From a bacterium (GTDB lineage Bacteria; Acidobacteriota; Blastocatellia; HR10): 64,000 nt of DNA. The notes below the pieces were generated by a model, which saw nothing but the letters and a program-made list of their open reading frames with translations, ran no database searches and was not told the DNA's origin. The stretch spans positions 67,264 through 131,263 of the forward strand of contig JBEPZV010000004.1 of the NCBI GenBank assembly GCA_041640655.1, given 5' to 3'. The translations under genes and the position numbers were made by a program. How positions within the stretch are numbered: the first letter of the stretch is position 1; each line of letters opens with the position of its first letter. Shown piece by piece: positions 27,707 through 39,193 of this stretch.

Positions 27707-29068
27707 CTAGCGGCCAAGATAGAGAAAGACCTGACCGGCTCTTCGCGAAGCGCCCGGTGCTCCTACGGCCAGATCAGGTTTCCCGTCCCTATTGAGATCA
27801 CCGATGGCCATAGCCGTGCCAAATTCTGCACCGGCCTCCGGGCTCGGCGGTTCAAGGATGAAGTTGGGGTTCGGACCGATGGCAGGTCCCCCGTAGAAGA
27901 GGTACACTCGTCCGGCCCTTTGGCGATTGCCGACTGTCGCTCCGATGGCGCTGACGGCGAGATCGGCCGTACCGTCACCGTTGAGGTCGCCGACAGCCAG
28001 TGCGTATCCGAATGCCGAAGTGGCTTGTGGATCAAGCTCTTGCAGGATGAGGTCGGGCGCGCTGTTTAGAGTGGGGCCGCCGAAGTAGATGTAGACTCGT
28101 CCCGGTCGGGATTCTGTGGGGTCACCTTCACTTGTATTCGGTGATCCCACGATGGCGTCTGCGTACCCATCGCCGTTGATGTCGGCCACGGCGAGGGAGG
28201 AGGCGAATGTGGGATCGGCGACTTCCGGGTTTGCCGGAGGGTGAGGATTAGGCAGCATCACATTTGGCCGGCCGCTCAGAGACTTTCCACCGAGGAAGAT
28301 GTATACGACTCCGGCTCCATTCGGTCCTCCGAATGGAGCGCCGATGAGAATGTCGGCGAATCCATCTTTATTGATGTCTCCGGCGGCCACGGCGAAGCCG
28401 AATTGCTCTCCGACAATACCCCCCCGCAAGATGGTCCGTCGCGACCCGATCGTATTTCCTCCGTACAGAACGACGACGGTGTCCATGAGCCAAGCGCCGA
28501 CGATCAAGTCGCTCGTCCCATCGCCGTCCACGTCACCGCTGGCCAGGGGCTCGCCGAAGCGGCCACCTATCAAGAAGTCAGGATCCGGCGGAAGCGGGCT
28601 CCGCACGGTCGTTGAGTTCGCTCCGAAGTTTGAGGCTCCACGATAGATGATGACTCTCCCATCCAAGAGGGATTCTTCGCTATTGCTGGCCTCGGGGGCG
28701 CCGACGGCCAGATCAGTCCGGCCATCTCTGGTCCAATCGCTGGCGGCGAGTGCGAACCCGAAACCGATTCCCGCCTCGCGGGTGGACAACGTCACGTTGG
28801 GCGTCCGTTGAAGCGTCTGACGCCCGTAGAAGATGAAGACTCGTTCAGCGCGGTTTTCCAATGTGCAGGGAGCTGAGACCGCCAGGTCCGAGGTCTTATC
28901 GTTGTTGAAATCTCCGACGGCCAAGGCCCAACCGAAGCAAGCGTCGGCGACAGGCCGTGACTCGGTCAGGACAAGGGGCTGTGGTTGAAAAGGGGAAGAC
29001 TGCGCGAGCATCGTGCTGCTAATGAGCAATAGCCCAATCATGAACCGGCGGACGATCTGTCCCTTCAT
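27707..29068 (-). CDS. Secreted FG-GAP repeat (integrin-alpha beta-propeller) protein
   Basis: Signal peptide; seven FG..(G)DxNxDGxxDLAVGAP repeats; GGAGG RBS. Confidence 0.92.
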   Translation of the reverse strand: MKGQIVRRFMIGLLLISSTMLAQSSPFQPQPLVLTESRPVADACFGWALAVGDFNNDKTSDLAVSAPCTLENRAERVFIFYGRQTLQRTPNVTLSTREAGIGFGFALAASDWTRDGRTDLAVGAPEASNSEESLLDGRVIIYRGASNFGANSTTVRSPLPPDPDFLIGGRFGEPLASGDVDGDGTSDLIVGAWLMDTVVVLYGGNTIGSRRTILRGGIVGEQFGFAVAAGDINKDGFADILIGAPFGGPNGAGVVYIFLGGKSLSGRPNVMLPNPHPPANPEVADPTFASSLAVADINGDGYADAIVGSPNTSEGDPTESRPGRVYIYFGGPTLNSAPDLILQELDPQATSAFGYALAVGDLNGDGTADLAVSAIGATVGNRQRAGRVYLFYGGPAIGPNPNFILEPPSPEAGAEFGTAMAIGDLNRDGKPDLAVGAPGASRRAGQVFLYLGR

Positions 29069-29342
29069 AAGACTCCACCTCCGTGTTGAAGGGGTTGGCG
29101 TCGTGGACGCGACGTGCTCGGATAAAGGATCGCTGAGTCTCTGGATGAGGCCGCGTGGTGCGTACCGTCCTGTGAGACCTTCGCCTTGAACGAGTGCAAT
29201 CGAAGAACTTCATCGCTTCGCATGGCCTCTTTTTACCCCATCTTCCGAGCCCTGGCAAGGGGATTTCACAAGGGGTTCTTCGCAAGCCGACTGGCATTTT
29301 CCACGAGAATGTGGTGGACTAATGCTCGGGGAGGGGAGCACC

Positions 29343-30755
29343 ATGGAGAGGATTGAGCGAGATAGCCTTGGGGAGAAGGCGGTCCCGGCCGAGGCGTATT
29401 ACGGAATCCAGACGGTGCGCGCCGTGGAGAATTACCCCATCAGCGGATGGCGTCCGTTCCCGGAACTGATTCGGGCGGTCGTGCGGATCAAGAAGTGCGC
29501 AGCTCAGGTCAATGCCGAGCTGGGGCTTCTGGAGGAGTCGGTCGCGCGCGCGATCATGGTGGCGGCCGATGAGGCGCTGGCCGGGCGGTTCGACGATCAC
29601 TTCGTCGTGGACGTCTTCAATTCCGGTGCCGGTGTCTCCTTTCACATGAACGTGAACGAGGTATTGGCGAATCGCGCCAGTGAGATTCTGGGGGGACGTC
29701 GCGGCGAGTACGCGCGCGTGCATCCGCATGATCATGTGAACCGGGGACAGTCCACCAACGATGTCATGCCGACGGCGATGCGCCTGGCAGCACTGGAAGC
29801 TGCGCGTCCGTTGCTCGATGGTATAGAGGGATTGGCGCGGGCGTTTCGCGAGAAGGGGGAAGAATTTCGCGATGTCGTGAAAGCCGGGCGCACGCATCTT
29901 CAGGATGCCGTCCCGGTACGTCTCGGTCAGGAGTTCCACGCCTACGCGCAGATTATCGAGGAGCACGGGCGACGCATACGGCGAGCCGTCGAAGAGCTGC
30001 GCGTTCTCGGCATCGGCGGCACGGCCGTGGGGACGGGATTGAACGCGCATCCCGAGTTTCGCTTCCGTCTCATTGAGGCGTTGAAGCGCGAGACAGGGGA
30101 GGCGTTGATCCCCGCCGAGGATCTCATGGCGGCGATGCAGAGCATGGCGCCGTTTGTCGCGTTCTCCGGAGCGATGAAGAATCTCGCGCTGGACCTGGTG
30201 AAGATCTGCGATGACGTGCGGTTGATGGCCTCGGGGCCGGTCGCGGGATTGGCTGAGATCGAGCTGCCGGCCCTCCAGCCGGGTTCTTCGATCATGCCGG
30301 GCAAGGTCAATCCCGTCATGCCGGAGGTGCTGACGATGGTCTGTTTTCAGGTCGTTGGCAACGACGCGACGATCACGTTGGCAGCCGCTCATGGGGAGTT
30401 CGAGCTGAACGTGATGATGCCCGTAATCGCCTTCGATCTGCTCTTCTCAGTGAGGATCCTGGCCAATGCCCTGCGCGTCTTCACCGAGAGAGCTGTCGTC
30501 GGGATCCGCGCCCATGTGGAGCGATGTCGGTATTATGCCGAGAGCAGTCCGGCTCTGGTGACGGCGCTTGTGCCGTATATCGGCTACGAGCGCGCCGCCG
30601 AGGTGGCGCGCGAGCTTCTGGCGACGCGGCGGACCATTCGGGAGATCGTTCGGGAGCGGGGCTGGATGAGCGCGGAGGACCTCGATCGCGCGCTCGACAT
30701 CGAAGCGATGACGCGGGGGGGGCTTCTTGGTGGGGAAGCGGAACGATCGTCCTGA
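29343..30755 (+). CDS. aspA: Aspartate ammonia-lyase / class II fumarase family
   Basis: RIERDSLG, GQSTND, GRTHLQDA, GSSIMPGKVNP. Confidence 0.8.
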   Translation: MERIERDSLGEKAVPAEAYYGIQTVRAVENYPISGWRPFPELIRAVVRIKKCAAQVNAELGLLEESVARAIMVAADEALAGRFDDHFVVDVFNSGAGVSFHMNVNEVLANRASEILGGRRGEYARVHPHDHVNRGQSTNDVMPTAMRLAALEAARPLLDGIEGLARAFREKGEEFRDVVKAGRTHLQDAVPVRLGQEFHAYAQIIEEHGRRIRRAVEELRVLGIGGTAVGTGLNAHPEFRFRLIEALKRETGEALIPAEDLMAAMQSMAPFVAFSGAMKNLALDLVKICDDVRLMASGPVAGLAEIELPALQPGSSIMPGKVNPVMPEVLTMVCFQVVGNDATITLAAAHGEFELNVMMPVIAFDLLFSVRILANALRVFTERAVVGIRAHVERCRYYAESSPALVTALVPYIGYERAAEVARELLATRRTIREIVRERGWMSAEDLDRALDIEAMTRGGLLGGEAERSS

Positions 30756-30786
30756 TGGCCGCGCGCGGAGCGAGCCCGTCCGCCGC

Positions 30787-32325
30787 CTATCGTTCCGGTC
30801 GCATGTGGGGGAAGAGGATGACGTCGCGGATCGAGCGCTGATTCGTCAGCAGCATCACGAGCCGATCAATGCCGATCCCTTCGCCAGCCGTCGGCGGCAT
30901 CCCGTAGCCGAGCGCGCGAATGAAATCTTCGTCCATGACCATGGCCTCTTCATCGCCGCGCTCGCGCAAGCGCATCTGCTGTTCGAATCGGCGATACTGT
31001 TCGACCGGATCGTTCAACTCGCAGAACGCATTGGCGATCTCCAGCCCGCCAATGTAGAGCTCGAACCGGTGCACGATGTTCGGGTCTTCTTCGCTCTGCT
31101 TGGCCAGCGGGCTCAGCTCCGTCGGATAGCCGAGGATGAATGTCGGCTGGATGAGCCTCTCCTCGGCGACGTACTCGAAGAGTTTGCCGAGCATCTGCCC
31201 AGGACTCCAGCGGGGATCATAGCGCCCGCCCACGGCCTGGAGCAGTTCGGGCAATCGCTCCGCGGCCTCCAGGTCTTCCGGCGCGGGTGCCGGCGTCGTG
31301 TCGGGCCAATACTGAAGGATCGCCTCTTTCACGGTGAGGCGGCGCCACGGACGCGTGAAATCAATTCGGTGGTCTCCGTACTCGATGACGAGCGAGCCGC
31401 GCACGGTGCGCACCACATGGGTGATCAGCTCCTCGGTCAGCTCCATGAGGTCGTGATAGTCGCTGTAGGCCTCGTAGAACTCGAGCATCGTGAATTCGGG
31501 ATTGTGCTTTGTGGAGAGCCCTTCATTGCGGAAATTCCGATTCAGCTCGTAGACCTTCTCGAAGCCGCCGACGATCAACCGCTTCAGGTACAGCTCCGGG
31601 GCGATGCGCGCGTAGAGGTCCATGTCGAGGGCGTTATGGTGCGTGATGAAGGGACGGGCGGCGGCTCCCGTCGCCAGCGGGGTGAGCATCGGCGTCTCCA
31701 CCTCGATGTATCCGCGTTCGTCGAAGAAGCGCCGAATCTCCCGGATGATCTGCGCGCGCCGCACGAAGACCTCGCGCGAGGCGCGATTCGCGATCAGGTC
31801 GAGATAACGCTGCCGGTAGCGCGTCTCGATGTCCTGCAGACCGTGCCATTTCTCCGGCAGAGGGAGGAAGGCTTTCGCCAGGAAGTGGAGCCGCTCGACG
31901 TGCACGGTCAGCTCCCCGGTGCGCGTCACGAACAGATACCCCTCGACGCCAATGAAATCGCCGAGGTCCAGGTGGTTGTACAACTGCCACTCCCGCTCGC
32001 TCACCTCGTTGCTTCGGATATAGATTTGAAGTCGCTCCTCGCCGTCCGAGAGATGGGCGAAGGCCGCGCGTCCCATCAGGCGCGTCGTCATCATCCGACC
32101 GGCGATGCGCACGGTGATCGGCCGCAACGCGGCGTTGACGCGGTCCAGCTCCTCGGGCGGTTTCGCTCCCGCGTAGTGGCCGTAAGTCCGAACGATCTCG
32201 GTGATCGTATGCGTGCGCGCGAACTTATGCGGATAGGGATCGAAGCCAAGGGCGCAGATCGCCTCGAAGTTCTTCCGCCGTTGGCGGATCAAGTCGTTCT
32301 CCTCGCCGAAGATGCTCCTGCTCAT
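30787..32325 (-). CDS. lysS: Lysine--tRNA ligase (class II)
   Basis: [36 protein letters not shown]. Confidence 0.97.
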   Translation of the reverse strand: MSRSIFGEENDLIRQRRKNFEAICALGFDPYPHKFARTHTITEIVRTYGHYAGAKPPEELDRVNAALRPITVRIAGRMMTTRLMGRAAFAHLSDGEERLQIYIRSNEVSEREWQLYNHLDLGDFIGVEGYLFVTRTGELTVHVERLHFLAKAFLPLPEKWHGLQDIETRYRQRYLDLIANRASREVFVRRAQIIREIRRFFDERGYIEVETPMLTPLATGAAARPFITHHNALDMDLYARIAPELYLKRLIVGGFEKVYELNRNFRNEGLSTKHNPEFTMLEFYEAYSDYHDLMELTEELITHVVRTVRGSLVIEYGDHRIDFTRPWRRLTVKEAILQYWPDTTPAPAPEDLEAAERLPELLQAVGGRYDPRWSPGQMLGKLFEYVAEERLIQPTFILGYPTELSPLAKQSEEDPNIVHRFELYIGGLEIANAFCELNDPVEQYRRFEQQMRLRERGDEEAMVMDEDFIRALGYGMPPTAGEGIGIDRLVMLLTNQRSIRDVILFPHMRPER

Positions 32326-32401
32326 GCCGCCTGCGCCTCCTCTGCCGTGATTCGTGACGTGATGATGCTAGTGGGGGAACGGGGGGGCGGTCAAGAACGC
32401 C

Positions 32402-32650
32402 TCACTCCCGCTCGATCCAGGTCCAGAGCGGACGCGACAGCAGCCAATATTTCTCGCGCAACCGTCGCACGCGGTCCGCGTACTCGTGCTTCGGGAATTC
32501 TCCGGCCCGCCGCCGATCGCGCAACCGGCGCAGCTCGTAGCAATAGAGGTCATTGAGCTGCTCGCGCACCAGCTCCGGCGGCGTCTCCGGCGTCGGGAGC
32601 AAGCCAAAGTGCTTCAGTTCGTCCAAGACGTCGGCCCGATAGCGCGCCAT
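32402..32650 (-). CDS. Small hypothetical protein (82 aa)
   Basis: MARYRADVLDELKHFGL...; extended -10 TGcTATATT 9 nt upstream of ATG. Confidence 0.7.
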   Translation of the reverse strand: MARYRADVLDELKHFGLLPTPETPPELVREQLNDLYCYELRRLRDRRRAGEFPKHEYADRVRRLREKYWLLSRPLWTWIERE

Positions 32651-32798
32651 CGCCTCGAAAATATAGCATGAGATCGTCGGCCGCGCGGTCCCGGCGCGCG
32701 GGATCGGACTGCGGCTGCGTCTCGCGAGAGCGATGTTGACCCACGTCGGCAGCGATGGTATTTTTGCCCCTTTGGGAAGCGAGGAGGAGCGATGCGCT

Positions 32799-33836
<1,038 letters not shown>

Positions 33837-33879
33837 GTCCGATAGTGCGTCCCCAAGAAGAGCACTCGCGCTTCCCCTC

Positions 33880-34587
33880 TCAGAAGAGTCGCCCCGTCAT
33901 AGGTCCCGGGCTCTCACCACGGCGGAGCCGATTCACGAGCAGGTGCGCTTGGCGCGTCGGCTCCGGTTGGCGATGTCCGGCCACACAGCGCATGACCAGA
34001 GCGATCGCGCTCTCAAGATCAATCTTGTGGCCCGGCGAGACGAAGATCGGGCTTGTGCGATCTTTCGTCCGCAGGGCGGCGCCGACGATCTCGCCGCGAT
34101 CCAGCAGAGGGGAGAAGCTGCCAGCTTCCGGAGCGGGCTCCTCATAGGTGCCGACGAGCACGCTCTTGGCGCAGCCAACGGTGGGCAGATCCAGGAGGAG
34201 CCCCACGTGACAGGCCAAGCCCATGCGTCGCGGATGCGCCAGCCCCTGGCCATCCAGGAGGACGGCATCGGGCCAGTGCGTGACTTTCTCAAACGCTTGG
34301 AGTACAGCCGGCACTTCCCGAAACGAGAGCAGGCCCGGGATGTAGGGGAAGCGCGTCACCGTCGTCACCGCAGCTTCTTCGACGGGCGCCAGGTGGGGTA
34401 ACTCCAGCACCACGACGGCGGCGAAGACCGTATCCGATCCCTTGTCGAAGGAGACGTCCGCGCCCGCGACCCATCGCACGCGATCCGCCGCCAGCGGCGT
34501 GAACTGCAGGTGCGCGCGCAGCCGATTTTGAATCCGCATGGCGTCCTGCGGCGAGACGTCCCAGGGATGCAGGTTCTTGATCTTCAT
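33880..34587 (-). CDS. nfi: Endonuclease V
   Basis: AGADVS, FPYIPGLLSFRE, DGQGLAHPRR, PEPTRQAH. Confidence 0.95.
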   Translation of the reverse strand: MKIKNLHPWDVSPQDAMRIQNRLRAHLQFTPLAADRVRWVAGADVSFDKGSDTVFAAVVVLELPHLAPVEEAAVTTVTRFPYIPGLLSFREVPAVLQAFEKVTHWPDAVLLDGQGLAHPRRMGLACHVGLLLDLPTVGCAKSVLVGTYEEPAPEAGSFSPLLDRGEIVGAALRTKDRTSPIFVSPGHKIDLESAIALVMRCVAGHRQPEPTRQAHLLVNRLRRGESPGPMTGRLF

Positions 34588-35597
34588 CGTTCCGATCTCT
34601 CGCGTGATGACGCTTCGCCCTCCACCACCTCACTCGGGGTCGCCTCCACAGCGGGGGGATCGGCCGCTGGCGCGGCGGCGATCTTCGCCGGCCGCAGGAT
34701 CGAGAGGAGGACGGAGGCGGCCAGGATGCCCGCGACGACGCCGAGGGCGATCCCAATAGGGATCTTGTAGAGGTCCGAGATGAGCATCTTCACCCCGACG
34801 AAGACGAGGATGGCCGAGAGGCCGTAGTGCAGGTAGTGGAAGATGCGCATGAGACCGGCCAGGGCGAAGTAGAGCGCGCGCAGGCCCAGGATGGCGAAGA
34901 CATTGGACGTGTAGACGATGAACGGATCGTGCGTGATGGCCAGGATGGCGGGAATCGAGTCCACGGCGAAGACGAGATCGGTCGTCTCCACGACGAGCAC
35001 GACGATGAAGAGCGGGGTCGCGAGCGTCCGCCCCATCTTTCGGATGAAGAAGCGCCCGTCCACGTAATCGCGCGTGATCGGAATGAGGCGACGGGCGAGG
35101 CGGATCACGGGATTGCGCTCCGGATGGATCTCCTTCTCCTTCTCGCGCGCCATGCGCGCCCCGGTCACGATCAGCAGGGCGCCGAAGACGTAGATCATCC
35201 AGTGGAACTTCTGAATGAGGGTGACGCCGGCCAGGACGAAGATGAAGCGCATGATCAGGGCGCCGAGGATGCCCCAGAAGAGGACCTTATGCTGATAGAG
35301 CGGAGGGACGCGGAAGTAGGTGAAGATGAGCACGAAGACGAAGATATTGTCCATGCTGAGCGATTTCTCGATGAGGTACCCGGTGAGGAACTCCAAGGCG
35401 GCGGTCGTGCCGAACCAGAAGTAGACGCCGACGTTGAAGAGCGCGGCCAGGACGATCCAGAAGGCGCTCCAGCCGAGCGCCTCCCTGAGCTCGATGACGT
35501 GCGCGCGGCGGTGAAAGACGCCGAGGTCCAAGGCGAGCATGGCGAGGACAAAGAGCGCGAAAGCGATCCAGAGCCAGAGCGTGTGTCCCATCATCAT
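34584..35597 (-). CDS. TerC/Alx family membrane protein
   Basis: EKSLSMDNIFVF, DLVFAVDSIPA, SNVFAILGLR. Confidence 0.92.
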   Translation of the reverse strand: MMMGHTLWLWIAFALFVLAMLALDLGVFHRRAHVIELREALGWSAFWIVLAALFNVGVYFWFGTTAALEFLTGYLIEKSLSMDNIFVFVLIFTYFRVPPLYQHKVLFWGILGALIMRFIFVLAGVTLIQKFHWMIYVFGALLIVTGARMAREKEKEIHPERNPVIRLARRLIPITRDYVDGRFFIRKMGRTLATPLFIVVLVVETTDLVFAVDSIPAILAITHDPFIVYTSNVFAILGLRALYFALAGLMRIFHYLHYGLSAILVFVGVKMLISDLYKIPIGIALGVVAGILAASVLLSILRPAKIAAAPAADPPAVEATPSEVVEGEASSRERSER

Positions 35598-37153
35598 GCG
35601 AAGACCTCCGTCCCGATGGGGTGTGTGAAGATCCCGCGTTCGCGATGCTGAATCGAGTGGCAGCGCCACTGCGCATCATTCGGGGCGGGGAAATCGGTGC
35701 GGAAGTGGGCGCCGCGGCTCTCCTCGCGAAAGAGGGCGGCGCGCGCGACGAGCCACGCGACCGTCGCGAGGTGGCGTGTGGCCAATGTCGGGGCTGCCCT
35801 CCGCAACGCCTCCAGGTCGTCGAGGGCCGAGCGCAACCGCTCCCCGTGGCGAATGAGCCCCACGGCCTCCCACATGATCGTCCGCAGGCGCCGGGCGATC
35901 GCGCCATCCAACGTCGCTTCCTCGGGACTGAGGTTCGATTCCCGAAGCGCTGGCGGTGTGGGAGCCGAGGAGGCGAACGCCAGAGCGCGCCGCGCCGCCC
36001 GCGCGCCGAAGACCAGGCCTTCGAGCAGCGAGTTGCTGGCCAGGCGATTGGCGCCATGCACGCCCGTACAGCTCACTTCGCCTGCAGCGAATAATCCCGC
36101 GATCCCCGTCCACCCATCGAGATCCGTGCGCACACCGCCCATGAAGTAGTGCGCGGCCGGACTGACGGGGATCCAGTCGCGCGTCAGGTCCAGCCCATAG
36201 TGCCGGCACGTCTCGTAGATGCGCGGGAAGCGCTCCCGGACAAAATGCGCCGGCAGGTGCGTGAGATCGAGGTACACGCAGTCGGCATCCGTGCGCTGCA
36301 GTTCGGTCACGATGGCGCGCGCGACGACATCGCGGGGAGCCAGTTCGGCCGCGTCGTGGTATCGCGGCATGAACCGTTCGCCAAACCGATTGCGCAAAAC
36401 GCCGCCCTCCCCCCGCAAGGCCTCGCTCAGCAGAAAGCGCGGGGCGCCCGCTCGATGCAGGGCTGTCGGATGGAACTGCACGAACTCCATATCGGCCAGG
36501 AGCGCTCCCGCCTCATACGCCATCGCCATCCCCTCGCCGGTGACGACGTCGGGATTCGTCGTGTGGAGGTAAATATGCCCGGCCCCACCCGTCGCCAGAA
36601 TGACCGCGTGTGCCCGCACCGTGTGTGACGTGCGCGCCCGTGTCTCCACATATTGGACGCCGAGACAGCGACCGTCGTGGATGAGCAAGCGCAGGGCGAA
36701 GGCGTGCGGGAGAATCTCGACACGAGGGAGCTCGCGCACGCGTTCGAGCACCGTGCGCACGATCTCACGGCCGGTCGCATCGCCCCGAGCGTGGACGATG
36801 CGGCGCCGCGAGTGCGCCGCCTCCTGTCCGAACGCCAGCTGGTCCCCCGCGCGATCGAAGCGGCAGCCCCAGGCGATCAGCTCCTGCACGTACTGCGGTC
36901 CTTCCTCAACGAGCACGCGAACGGCTTCGGGATCACACAACCCGGCCCCGGCGCGCACCGTGTCTTCGAAATGCAAGGCGATCTCATCATCATCGCTCAA
37001 GGCGACGGCGACTCCCCCTTGGGCATATCGCGTGCTCGACTCGGTGAGTTCGTCTTTGGTCAGGATGAGGACCGATCCCGCTCGCCCCAACTCCACCGCC
37101 GCGCGCAGGCCGGCGATCCCGCTGCCGATGACGATGAAATCCACCTCGCGCAT
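35594..37153 (-). CDS. nadB: L-aspartate oxidase
   Basis: GSGIAG, AQGG, QFHPT, SEALRGEG, HGANRLASNSLLE. Confidence 0.95.
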   Translation of the reverse strand: MREVDFIVIGSGIAGLRAAVELGRAGSVLILTKDELTESSTRYAQGGVAVALSDDDEIALHFEDTVRAGAGLCDPEAVRVLVEEGPQYVQELIAWGCRFDRAGDQLAFGQEAAHSRRRIVHARGDATGREIVRTVLERVRELPRVEILPHAFALRLLIHDGRCLGVQYVETRARTSHTVRAHAVILATGGAGHIYLHTTNPDVVTGEGMAMAYEAGALLADMEFVQFHPTALHRAGAPRFLLSEALRGEGGVLRNRFGERFMPRYHDAAELAPRDVVARAIVTELQRTDADCVYLDLTHLPAHFVRERFPRIYETCRHYGLDLTRDWIPVSPAAHYFMGGVRTDLDGWTGIAGLFAAGEVSCTGVHGANRLASNSLLEGLVFGARAARRALAFASSAPTPPALRESNLSPEEATLDGAIARRLRTIMWEAVGLIRHGERLRSALDDLEALRRAAPTLATRHLATVAWLVARAALFREESRGAHFRTDFPAPNDAQWRCHSIQHRERGIFTHPIGTEVFA

Positions 37154-37165
37154 GATCGCGGGGCG

Positions 37166-38227
37166 TCACTCCGCCTTCTTCGCTTTCGCCTGCGGCGAAG
37201 GTTCCGGCTCCAGCGCTCGCGCGGCCTCGCGCCGCGGCAGGCCAAGCACCTGTCGGATCTCATTCTCGATGGTGAGCGCCAGATCGGGATTCGATTTCAG
37301 GAAGAGGCGGGCGTTCTCGCGCCCTTGACCGAGCCGCTCGCCTTTGTAGGAATACCACGCGCCACTCTTCTCGATGATGCGGTGTTCGACGCCCAAGTCC
37401 AGGATCTCCCCCTCGCGCGAGATGCCTTCGCTGTAGAGCATATCGAATTCGGCCTCTTTGAAGGGCGGCGCGACCTTATTCTTCACCACGCGGACCTTCA
37501 CGCGGTTGCCGATGATCGTCTCGCCGTCTTTGATGGCATTCGTTCGCCGCATGTCCAGGCGCACACTCGCGTAGAATTTGAGCGCCTGCCCCCCGGTGGT
37601 CGTCTCCGGCGAGCCGAACATGACGCCGATCTTCTGTCGCATCTGGTTGATGAAGATGAGCGCCGTGTTGGAGCGGTAGACGGCTCCGGCCAGCTTCCGA
37701 AGGGCTTGCGACATCAGGCGCGCCTGCAAGCCGGGCAAGGCATCGCCCATCTCCCCCTCCAACTCCGCGCGCGGCACCAGCGCCGCGACCGAATCAATGA
37801 CGAGCACGTCCACGCCCCCGGAGCGGACCAGCGCTTCGGCGATCTCCAGTGCTTGCTCGCCGCTGTCGGGCTGGGAGACGAGCAGATCGTCAATGCGCAC
37901 GCCGATCTTCTCGGCATATGCGGCATCCAGGGCGTGTTCGGCGTCAATGTACGCAGCCACGCCGCCGAGCCGTTGCGCCTCAGCCGCCACATGCAGAGCA
38001 AGCGTCGTCTTCCCGCTGGCCTCCTGGCCGAAGATCTCCGTGATGCGCCCGCGCGGGATGCCGCCGACGCCCAACGCGGCATCCAGACTGAGGCTGGTCG
38101 TCGAGATGACCGGGATCTCCTCGACCTTCCGATCCCCGAGCCGCATGATCGCCCCCTTGCCGAATTGCTTCTCGATCTGGGCGAGGGCGATCTCGATGGC
38201 CTTGGCTTTCTTCTCCAGTTCGCTCAT
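37166..38227 (-). CDS. recA: Recombinase A
   Basis: [39 protein letters not shown]. Confidence 0.98.
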   Translation of the reverse strand: MSELEKKAKAIEIALAQIEKQFGKGAIMRLGDRKVEEIPVISTTSLSLDAALGVGGIPRGRITEIFGQEASGKTTLALHVAAEAQRLGGVAAYIDAEHALDAAYAEKIGVRIDDLLVSQPDSGEQALEIAEALVRSGGVDVLVIDSVAALVPRAELEGEMGDALPGLQARLMSQALRKLAGAVYRSNTALIFINQMRQKIGVMFGSPETTTGGQALKFYASVRLDMRRTNAIKDGETIIGNRVKVRVVKNKVAPPFKEAEFDMLYSEGISREGEILDLGVEHRIIEKSGAWYSYKGERLGQGRENARLFLKSNPDLALTIENEIRQVLGLPRREAARALEPEPSPQAKAKKAE

Positions 38228-38303
38228 ACCCATCTCTCCCAGAGGGGCTTCACCCTCGCGCAAGTTTACTTCGAGATGGACGCGCGCGTCCAGCAGGCGC
38301 TCG

Positions 38304-39161
38304 TCATGCTCCGGGCGCCAGATCGAGGCGCTCGGCCCCCGCGTAGACGTTGAAGCGTCCATCCCGGAGGAAGCCGATCAGCGTGAGCCCGAAATCGCGC
38401 GCCACGGTGACGGCCAAACTGCTCGGCGCGCCAATGGCCGCGACCACGGGGATTCCGGCGACCAGCGCCTTCTGCACCAATTCGAAACTGGCCCGTCCGC
38501 TGAGCAGCGCGATCGTGCCGGAGGCCGGAACGCTTTCGGTGAGCACCAGGTGTCCGACCACCTTGTCCATCGCGTTGTGGCGGCCGACATCCTCGCGCAC
38601 AAGGAGCAAGCGCCCGTGTCCGTCAAAGAGCGCCGCGGCGTGAACGCCACCGGTGCGCGCAAACAGCGATTGCGCGTCTCGCGCGCTCTCCGAGAGCGCG
38701 AAGAGCACATCGCGCGCGATGCGGGCCGCATCCGCGAGCGGTCGCCGAATGAGCGCGCGCACCAGCTCGAGCGAGGCCTTTCCGCAGATGCCGCAACTGG
38801 AGCTCGTGTAGAAGTTCCGGCTCAGCCGTGCCGGATCCACCTGCACACCTTCGGCCAGCACGACGTTGACGATATTTCGAGGCGCTTCCCCCTCGTGCTC
38901 GGCGCAGTAGTGAATGTCGAGGATATCTCGGCGGCTCGCGATCACCCCCTCGGTGAAGAGAAAGCCCACGGCCAGCTCGAAATCGTGGCCCGGCGTGCGC
39001 ATGGTCACGGCCAGGCTGTGGGCGACCCACTCCTTCCCCTCGCGTCGGAGTACCCGCACCTCCATCGGCTCTTCAACGGCCAGCTCATCTTCGCGCGCCT
39101 CGATACCCCCTGGATGGATCGAGAGCACGGAGGCGCAGCGGATCGCGTCCGGAGTCTCCAT
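38304..39161 (-). CDS. fdhD: Formate dehydrogenase accessory sulfurtransferase
   Basis: [25 protein letters not shown]. Confidence 0.93.
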   Translation of the reverse strand: METPDAIRCASVLSIHPGGIEAREDELAVEEPMEVRVLRREGKEWVAHSLAVTMRTPGHDFELAVGFLFTEGVIASRRDILDIHYCAEHEGEAPRNIVNVVLAEGVQVDPARLSRNFYTSSSCGICGKASLELVRALIRRPLADAARIARDVLFALSESARDAQSLFARTGGVHAAALFDGHGRLLLVREDVGRHNAMDKVVGHLVLTESVPASGTIALLSGRASFELVQKALVAGIPVVAAIGAPSSLAVTVARDFGLTLIGFLRDGRFNVYAGAERLDLAPGA

Positions 39162-39193
39162 CGCCCTCACCTCGGTGCGCACCGGGAGCGCCT

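Noticed and set aside
35590..35700. yybP-ykoY riboswitch before terC
   Set aside because: The terC start overlaps the nadB stop, leaving no leader.
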